Below are positions 54,330-64,000 of a stretch of DNA of 64,000 nucleotides, one piece after another. Location: assembly GCF_006345805.1 (NCBI RefSeq), contig NC_043001.1, positions 95,914,001 to 95,978,000 of the forward strand. Reading direction: 5' to 3'. Numbering within the stretch: position 1 is the first letter of the stretch; every line of letters starts with the position of its first letter. Position numbers and translations under genes: made by a program. Source of the DNA: Octopus sinensis (Eukaryota). A model generated the notes under the pieces. The model made no database searches and had not been told where the DNA came from. It saw nothing but the letters and a program-made list of their open reading frames with translations.

Positions 54330-54722
54330 AGGCCTGCAATGTCGGCTGACGACATAAATCGATTACTTCGACTGCAGTGCATAACTTGTACGTCTTTCAT
54401 CGTCTCTGGAAGGATGAATGGTAAAATCGACCTTGACGAAGCTTTTTAATACGTAAAGACCTCGATGTAAAATAGATACTAAATGATATAAACAAGTAAC
54501 AGCTACACAAAAACCTCCACATGATCATCAGGCGTCTCTAGATTTAAGGAAATATAGCAGCAAATCATGCAAGTAAAGTCATTAAGCACTGTTAGATAAT
54601 CCATCATTTCCACACAAAGCTTTTATTCGTAAGAATATCTAAAGCAATATGTTTTAGAGGCAGCATTTGAAGTCTGAGCGAAAATATAGACGACGTGCCG
54701 CTAAACGCCAGCTCGCCACCTT
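54330..54722 (-). mobile_element. Split, decayed SINE family B (tail/core 54330-54470; head ~54660-54722)
   Basis: cacaaggcctgcaa...aatcgattacttcgact...ggaaggatgaatggtaaaatcgacctt and gccgctaaacgccagctcgccacctt. Confidence 0.6.
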
Positions 54723-54802
54723 AGTAATAATAACAATAATAATGATAATAATAATAATAATGATGATAATAATAATATAATAATAATAATAATAATAATA
54801 AG

Positions 54803-54995
54803 CATTGGAGGGAACTTAAGGAAGAGAAGAGCTCATCGGTTCTGTACCAGCACACCGAGCTGGAACACGGGCTGACTCAGCAACATAGAAGTTAAAATCT
54901 TGTTCACACATAGAACAGGCGCAACGCTTAGGCAAATTACAGAAGCTACACACAAAATAGAAGATAATTCTAGCCTGAATAGGAAACTGGTATAG
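54803..54995 (+). pseudogene. Penelope-like GIY-YIG endonuclease C-terminal fragment
   Basis: HWRELKEEKSSSVLYQHTELEHG, then after a frameshift EVKILFTHRTGATLRQITEATHKIEDNSSLNRKLV*, typical of the PLE EN C-terminus (H......S.L..H...H; LRQI.EA; LN.K). Confidence 0.7.
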
Positions 54996-56899
54996 AACAC
55001 TAGCACGCACCCCAACACACCACAACATATGACAGAATAAGGTCCACGTAAACTGATAACAATACGCACAAAATATAATACAATATACAAACAAATGTAA
55101 TTAAATAACTATATATGTTACAAAATTAAATCAAATTTTAAAAAATGAAAGAATAGAAAAAAAGAAAGAAATAATAATAATACGTAGGTATAAACACATG
55201 AACAAAATAAACAAAAATCAAATTAAAAGAACGTGTATAAACAGGGGATACAGATAATACAGGTATCTCCCCACACACACGTGCACTTACTAAACATAAA
55301 CACACATAGGGGTATACGCATGCACAAATATAGACACGTACAATAGGAATACAAAATACAAATTGGTTGATCGTTAGTAAGGAAAGACACACAAATAAGA
55401 AAGAACAAAGCAAAGAACCACTGATGAGGTCACAGAAGTGTGACGTAAGAACACTGGCTGAAATACGATTAATGTAAAAAATAAAATAAAGCTGAAGCAT
55501 GTTAACACCAAATACATAGTGCGTCTGTTTTTATTGTCTAAACTGGCAACATAAACATCCCAGAATACAACAGTATCTATTTCAACACACAATTTCGCAT
55601 CAAGAATCTTGCAAAACGAATATATAAATATAATGACATACTTTTGTTTTTAATTGAGTTATGATCCACTGGGTAAATATACCTCGTTTCATTAAACTAT
55701 AACACACAAAATATTGCCATCTTTCGTCGATACTCTTCTGTAAGCAATAAAATAATTTTTACTGCAAATACATTTGGAAAATAGCGAAGATATTGCGTCA
55801 TAATAAAAAGTTACTATATAAATATATTTGTGTCCCAATTTCTAAGTTAGCATCTTATCGTAGATGCCCTGGTAGTTATTATATTGCGTCAGTAACATAA
55901 ATTTAAATCCTAGGTTGAAATCAATATAACCGGCGAGACGTTTACCTCAAACTAATATTTCTTGCTTCGAACAAAAGTTATTATATTTCTACGTAAAATT
56001 ATTCCATAAACTCAGCAGACATCATTATTCGAAATTATTAAATTTACTCTTAGGTGTGGTGTTTATTGGTATGATAAAAAAAATTGCGATATTCTTTATC
56101 GGTACAGTCATGTTTGAAAGCGCTCTCACTTCATTTTAAAATTGCTGTATGAAATGAAATTTTAAATTAAATCACTAGCGAACGATAGTGAGAAATTAAA
56201 ATGTAGTTTATGAAAGTTCGAATCTAATCGGCAATGAACCATCAATGACCTACATGAAAAATTAATAAACCTTTTATATTTCGCTTAAAAGAAAAACGTT
56301 GTATTAAAACCTCGATAGACATTCTTATAGTTCATTACCTTCCGGATAGACCATTTCACATAAGATGACGTTATTAACTTCTTTATTCACAAATTAATTT
56401 TCCTACTCATATTTCCTAGGAGAGCAAAAGTATATTATCCTATCTCACATGTATGCATTTGCATCATATATATATAAGATGTTCTTATTTATTTTACATG
56501 GTGTCATGCTGTTTTAAAAACTCCTTCTCCAATGGAATTTAATGCCGTGAAAATATGAAGACTGCTGTATTGGAATCTTGTTTAGTCTACCTTCTAAAAT
56601 TATGATTCTCGCATCCTATCAAATGGGGCTACAGCATATTCTAATTCAGACTGTCAACACTGGCAAGTCAAAAACGTTTAGGTGCTGTGAGATTCGGGGG
56701 TATCGTAAAAGCAGGAAGGTATCTGGTCAAATCATAATGTTATTTTAGAAGTAGTGACGAAAGTGGTAATGAAGGAGCATGTAAACTCTGAACGGTCAGT
56801 TGAATGGCAAGCTGATAGTCATCAGTTCGATTTGCAACGGACAGAGACACAGGCCTAATGTGAACACTGTCACATGGAGTAATGTAAATGTTCATGTAG

Positions 56900-57674
56900 G
56901 CGTCTTTTAGAGAACAGCATACAGATTGAATGCACCTGTTATGCATGCAGTTGTCGGGAATAATATTCCATTTGTTTCATTTGGCTTTTCATGTTTTCTT
57001 CGACTCTCTTAACGAAACAAGAAAAACACAGATGGAATTTTTCCTTTAAGAAGATATTATGTTTTCGATGCCATCTTCATGCATTCTGGGATTTCCATGG
57101 CCCGTCCATCATAGTATCAACGATGTCAGCTCATACCATAGTCCCATCTCCCTCCTGTTGGCGTCTCAAATCATGAGGACGGTTCACGCTGATTGACACC
57201 CAACATTTGCTCCAATAATTTGGTTCGTCAAGGGTAACACAGCATTTGTCAGTGAATAGAACTGCTGAAAAACATATTTTGTTGTATTCCTCTACCCGTT
57301 TCAGTCTCTTCTACTTATGAACACCCTTCAGAGGGAGCATTGTAACATGTTTAATATTCCTGGCTACCTGCTTCAAGAGACATCTGGTAGTTTTCGATAT
57401 GTCTTCCTTGTCACAACGTTAAAAGACCGATAGTTGTAGGACATGGGTTGCACATAACTTCCCTTTTCACACGTAAGAAAGTACTAGTTAAATCAGCTTT
57501 TGACTTACCCTTATTTTCCCTGAACCGGACGGAATGTGGGGATTGCACAAATATCTTCACTGTTCTGGGATCTCTTTCCAGTATTTCTGATATTTCGATG
57601 GTTGTTTTTCCTTATCCAAGCTCTGACACGATGGTATACTTCTCGTCCGAGGTAAGATCACATTTTGGACCCAT
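56900..57674 (-). pseudogene. Tc1-superfamily transposase relic, TRT (DD37E)-like
   Basis: MGPKCDLTSDEKYTIVSELG*GKTTIEISEILERDPRTVKIFV...KGK...TRCLLKQVA...PL...HK*KRL...FSAVLFTDKCCVTLDEPNYWSKCW...LRRQQEGDG; decayed MHN near the second Asp. Confidence 0.85.
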
Positions 57675-60600
57675 AATGACATTTAAATTAGGTACCTGCC
57701 TAATAATTTGGTCAGCAGAAATGTCGCTGCTACACGAGAGTGGCCGCCATTTGTTTTCGCCTGATCAGATCCGATTTATTCTAACAGAATGTGAGCAGAT
57801 AAGTGGTGCCAACAGTCAGTGGGTAAAGAACTGGTGTTAAATGAATATACATTCAAAACAGGGGACTAAGAGTTTCGAATTAGGTTACTATTTTCAGTAA
57901 GTTGAGTAACCCGGAGCTGCTTCCTTATCGGATCTTATTTAAAGAGAAATACTACTTTCTGGTAATTGAACTTTACTTTGAGTTGCTACTAATTCAGATT
58001 CCTATTCTATAACATAGAGTGTATTAAATTCATTTACATTCTTACGTTTTGTAATATTACGAATTTTGTAACATAAAATCCCTAATTTCCAACATTATTT
58101 CGAACATGAATTGCTTCAATGAAATGTGACATGCTAACATTAAGCTTGAGTTACCAACTTCACGGTTTGGTGTTTGACTCTCACTCTGCTACGTACGCCA
58201 TTATAAAGGTGAGGTATACAATGGAATTCTTTCAGTCATGTAGAAAAATGCCAGCCTGTTTTCCATATTCTATACTTTATAAAGAAAATCTAGATTAATA
58301 TTTTCCCTAATAAATGGACTATCTGATTATGAACGAAAAAATATATATCATTAGTGGCACTTCAACAAATCATTAATTAAAATCGTATTCCGCAGGCGCG
58401 AATCCAACGAAAACAAAAGCATTAGAACAATTATGAAATACTGGAAAATAATTATACATATCAGAATTCTATTATAGATATATATTTTCAAAGCGCCACA
58501 TTATTTCTCAAAGTTACATTTGACATGAAAAGTTAATTATCATATTTCTCTGTTTATCGCCTTTAGCTATAGAAATTTCACTTAATATTTTTAAAGCAAA
58601 ACCAACCTAATGGAATGAATATTAATTCTGATTTTCAGAGATAGTTTAATTTTCTCTTGTAAATTATTTCTTTAATTTTGTCATTAACATTCATCATGAA
58701 TGATTATTATTAAATATATAGGTGGAGGCAATCAATTGCTAAATGATTGCTTCAACAGAGCGAAATTTTAATTTTCCGTTTTCAAAATTCACTTCTTTAC
58801 GATACAGTCAAAAACGTAACCCATAATGGAAGTTTAAACTCGGAAACTTAGATTATTTTAATTAACACGAAGAATTGATTAAATCGGTTCAGAGCTTGTT
58901 TGCCCAGTGGATATTCCTGATTTTAGCTACTTTATATCCCAAATAAACAACAAGATGTGTGATGAACACATTTAATTTCCTCCTTTCTCAAACTATTTCC
59001 TTCGCCAAAGCTCCGCTAAACTGATACTCAGTGTAAGGGCAACAAAACCTTGTTGCATTTAGTAAGAGGTCATCACATTTAGGAGTCAACTATCACAAAA
59101 TTGAGATGTATAGTAGTGAGCCAGGAAGGAATGAGATGCAGACATTCAAAAGTATGTGCAGTACAAGTTAAAATATGAAGAGAAAGTTTTTCCTATAATT
59201 TATAATTACCTAACTAACATTGATTTTTCAATACAAACTGAACATTTGCTGACAATTTTTTACATAAATTCAATTGAAACTACCTGCCTTGCCTAAAATG
59301 AATCATTTGAAAATCCTTTAAAAACAAACATTTTCCCTCTCTTTGAAATAAACATTTTACAAATTTCTGATCGCATTCCAAGATCTCTGACATAAGTTTC
59401 TGTAAAAAGAAAAATACGGAGTAAAATTACCAATGCCGAATCCACTGAGAAGTAGAGAGATAAATATAGAGACCTATAGAAACGGTGCCCGGTGGGATAG
59501 AAAGGCTGGGATAGAGGCATCGGTGTGTAATTGAAATGATTTTTCTTGTTGCTGTTGGTCGTTTTCACCTGAATTATTGTTGCCGTGTACGCGACTCATG
59601 TGAGATTTAGATTATGACTTTCATTGTGTGCGATGTGAATAGACACACTTAAGTGTCTTGTGTCAACAACTAAACAATACTATGTTGGATCTATTGAACT
59701 TGGGACTTATTTGTTACCCCAGATTGTGAGCGGTAATTGTGATTGGTGCTACAACTATATGTTTTTAATTGTAGGTTGGATATTATAAGATCGTGCAAAG
59801 AATGGCATTGATTGCATAGATATAGTAAAACGTATAGATATAGTAATTGTTTCATGGCTTTAAATATAGTGATTGATTCATAACGTCCGTGTTAGGAGGT
59901 AATAAAGTAAACGGGTGTGTTTTGAACGTATATATCGAGGAGAGGCTAGTAAGAAGCATCAGCGTATTGCTCTGGATGAAATAACTGAAAATAAGATAAA
60001 TATATAAATGGAAATAGAGGAAATGGTCGTGTGCAAATGTTAGAAATCAATATATAGTATATAATGAGTAAATTCAAGTGCTGCATGGTTTCACATATGA
60101 ATATTTACTACAGGAACTTTTTTTCCTATCTCATATTACTTTTGGAGACAAAACTGTAAATAAATGAAAAATATAAACATGAAATCATTGTAAATAAATA
60201 TTTCTACAAAAACGAAAGATACGAGATAAATTGAAAAACAAAACATCAAAATAATAAAATATCCAAAATAATGTTTCTTCATAAATATTATATATACGTA
60301 GAATTATAATTCATTTATATTGAATATTTCTAAAACAGAATTGAATATATATATATATTTTGAACAGACCAGATATTTCCAAGCATCTCTATATATTTAG
60401 AAGGCATTATTACGTTTAATTTCATTAAAACGAAATATAGCAAAAACATACGAATTAAGTAAAAATATTCGTATAAAATCTTCATATTGATCTCGCTTGC
60501 ACTTGTCTTCCAATTCTGTTATATTGAGAAGAGATGCTTTTAACCATATATCATTATAATTGTTTTCTATATCTGCATCAATATCCTCAACATAAGCACC

Positions 60601-61770
60601 AGTAGCATTACCATCATAACCATCACCATGATTTACACTACCACGTTTATGATCATTATCCTCAACATCATCATCATCGTCGTAGTCACCGCAGCTATCG
60701 TCGTCGTCATCATCATCAATATGATGGCTATTGAAATAATTCTCAGAAGCACCACCTACCAATATGGATGAATATATATATTTTTTTATATTAATACTAG
60801 TTATTAATATTTAACAAATGCCATATTTTGTTGGTATTATTATCATCACAATATCAATACAAGTGTATCGAGCTACATAAAGTATCGGTCACGCCTTCAG
60901 CTAAAAGAGGGGAAATTATACTGAGAAAAGTGAGAGGCAAAGGGGAGAGTAGTGTTACTAGAGGAAGTTGGTAATGGCCAGAGAAAGAGGAGAACCGAAC
61001 GCTCATATATATGGATATATTTCTGAGTGCGTGTGTATACGCGTGTGTACATATACATGTTGGTATGTATGTATGCTTTGTATGTGTGTGTGAACATGTA
61101 TGCGTGCATACGTGTATGAATGAGGTGAATTTGTAATAGTTAGTTCTTACATAGGAGCTATTGTTTGAAATATCGTTCAATGGAGACTGAAGACGTTATT
61201 GTTGTAGCGGTTATATAGCAGTTACAAGTATTTTAGTTATTTGGCATTGGGCAAGAATTCGTATATTTTAAAACCATCGACAATTCAAAGCACATGTGTG
61301 CATGTAACTTGTGTGATGTAGACAACGAAAACTGAAAATGGTACTACCATTCATAAAAGCAATCATTCAAATTGCCACTGCTACATTTCAATTCTCTCTT
61401 TAATTAAACTTGCCAATGAATTGCTGTTCTAGCAGATAACAACACACACACACATACACGTATGAGATCCATGTACACTGTGCTCATTTTTATAGTGATG
61501 CTCTGAATATCGGCGGTGAACATGATGACATGGATCACAGTGAATGACATTTGAGAGAGGGATATCAGGTGTAGTAGGAGGTGGAGGATGAGTAACAAAT
61601 GCTAGTTGTGCAAATTGGCAATGGTGAAAGATGGTGAGTATTTGAACATCAATGAACAGCGCTATACGCGGCTGTACTTGGGAACAGACAAATACATACA
61701 CAGACACACAAACACACATATATATATATGCTTAAATTTCTGTGCGTGCGTGTGAGTATGTGTGTTGATG

Positions 61771-61774
<4 letters not shown>

Positions 61775-61819
<45 letters not shown>

Positions 61820-61830
61820 GTGTGTGTGTG

Positions 61831-61901
<71 letters not shown>

Positions 61902-61905
61902 GTGA
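61775..61905. repeat. (TG)n microsatellite
   Basis: Direct reading. Confidence 0.95.
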
Positions 61906-64000
61906 GGATAAGGGTGTGTGGATATGTCCAAATCTGAACATTATTTTCGCAAACCTCGGTATTGAAAATTGATTGCTTCACTCTATACTGTGTCTATTAT
62001 AGCTTTAATAAAGCGTTTTTTTTCCTTTTTGGCGCTTCAGTGCAATGTTTGTGCGTATGCGTATTCATACAATACTTGACTATGTTAGAATAAGATAACA
62101 AATTACTGTTTCAATAGAAGAGAAAACGACCAAAAAATCCAGTAAGAACAGAGTGAATGCATAAAACACAGAGAGATGTAGAGAAATAATACCATCAATG
62201 TTCGTTGAATCAGGTTGAGGAAAACCAACTTGACATAGTCAGGAGAGAGGAAATAAGCATGATACCATAGAGAATCAGTGATGCTAATATGTGGAACGAA
62301 TAAGAAATATTTAATGAAGTCAGTATGGTAAAATTGAGTGCTGAAGAAATAATTATCGTTTAGAAATAGATACAAAAGGGAAACTACGGGTTGAAAGATA
62401 ACGGCAGTGCATATGGGAAGTGATACTACAAGACAAGAAATACAGCTGTCAGACGAATGTGAAAAGAATGGAGTAAATGTGAATTATGCAAAGACAAAGA
62501 AGTTCAGCTGTTCGGTATTGCATTCTTCTCTGTCATGCTGAGAGACATCATGAACGACAAGATGTCAGTTTTAAGATTCTATAACCGGAAATTTCTTGTT
62601 TTAAGATTCTATAACCGGATTCTTCCTTCGCATCTCTAATTACAAACATTATAAATCTAACACAACAACGTAGTACTCTTTCTGCATTCAACGACAAGTA
62701 TACCGCTGCAAGTTGAATATTTACCTCCAATAAAATCTTTAGCAAAATTATAGGAACCTTTGCATCAAAGAGAAAGCAAAAACCATGTGAACACTGGTGG
62801 ATATGCGAGAAATTCCTCATTGTTTTGATTCATTGCTGAAACAAATCCAACAAAATATGACTGAGGCCCGAAATCAATGTTATAGTATATGAAGCCGTGC
62901 GATTGACAAAAGAAAGAGGATAATTCATCTCTGTTAACTACAAAGAACAGCTATGAAACTGATTTCAATGATGGATACCAGATGTTCTTGCAGTATTGGT
63001 TACAGATGAGCGATCACTACCACAGAACTGAAGCGGAGTGGTCATCCCATGGAATGCAGAGTGGCATCCCATTTCTTCTAATTCGGCCAATATTTGCTCA
63101 TGGTTTCCTACACACTTGAGAGTAGTGATAATTACAAAAAACAAAAATACTTGAAAATAGTATCAACTGAGAAACAATAAATATTTTCAAGGAACTTCAG
63201 AAAAAAAATACTTCACAAAATATTCGTTGGTATCCATCTTACCGGAGAAAGATTAGTTCGAGTGGATAACAGGTATATTTCAAATTTCAACGAGTATCTT
63301 CCAATGAAGTAAAGAATACACAGTAACTGAAAGACCTTTATTTGCTAAAGAATATAAAGTGCATCTGAAATCACGTGCACAAATATCAATGCTGTGTTTA
63401 TGTGATGATGAAAAACATTGGTAATGTGGACGTTAATGATGCATACCGCAATCACAATAGCGAAAGCAAATACGCTCCTTTAGATAACAGCAGAGCTCTG
63501 GAAGGAAAATGGCCCTTACGATCCAGGCGTGGCTCGAGAAGGAACAAACAATAGACATAGATGTGTTTGTGTGTCCCAGTGCATATATGTCTGTATGTGT
63601 ATGTGTTCGTGTCTGTGCTTATTTATGTATATCATTGAAATGATACATGCTGAATTAGTTATATGACGAAACAACTTGAATTATCTACGATTTGTACATA
63701 TATAGACATTGTATATCATACAGTGTTGGGTGTAATTTCAGGTTAACGCCTACATACCACTGGCAAAACATTTTATTAGTGACAATTAACGAGTCGTCGA
63801 AGAAACTAGAACGAGAAAAACAAACAAAGAAAACAAAATTTCTAGATTTAGGTAATTTTGTAAATTATTGCCTATGTATGAGTTTGTATATCAGCAAAAG
63901 AATGTTATATAGGCTTTTTTTTTAATTTAAAGATATTATTCTCTAAGCTGCAAGATATTTCCTGGATTTCGGCGAATGCTTATCCATAGCATAAAGGCAC

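Noticed and set aside
60397-60762. 121-aa Asp-rich ORF
   Set aside because: Its 5' half is a degenerate (GAT/GGT)n tract like others in the window, with no recognisable domain.
62100-63120. Possible decayed retroelement coding sequence with a 21-bp direct repeat near 62570-62620
   Set aside because: No interpretable protein motif could be read in any frame.

Overview
AT-rich, microsatellite-saturated eukaryotic DNA. The SINE families point to an octopus (coleoid cephalopod); this comes from recognising the families, not from a database search. No intact protein-coding gene is visible, and most six-frame ORFs are translations of (TA)n/(CA)n/(GATA)n tracts. The window is a transposable-element landscape. 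It holds a near-full-length but disrupted R4/Dong-type RLE non-LTR retrotransposon (41271-45231) flanked by (TAA)n, plus a second diverged Dong fragment. There are two Tc1-type transposase relics (one TRT-like), a Tigger/pogo end, Penelope-like RT and GIY-YIG relics, a CR1-group LINE 3' end, several MITEs/palindromes and more than 15 tRNA-derived SINEs of three head types. Notable structures: (1) a ~480-bp tandem repeat that flips orientation at 665-668 to form a long palindrome; (2) a ~600-bp satellite whose monomer contains the terminal ~200 bp of a foldback element seen at 48023-48503; (3) two copies of a minimal Penelope-type hammerhead ribozyme motif; (4) a SINE trimer enclosed by one 12-bp TSD; (5) a Penelope RT fragment bracketed by ~310-bp inverted arms; (6) an RFX X-box/YY1 promoter-like cluster at 37.6-37.8 kb. 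Frequent 1-bp indels between repeat copies suggest residual long-read errors, so some duplications may be assembly artefacts.
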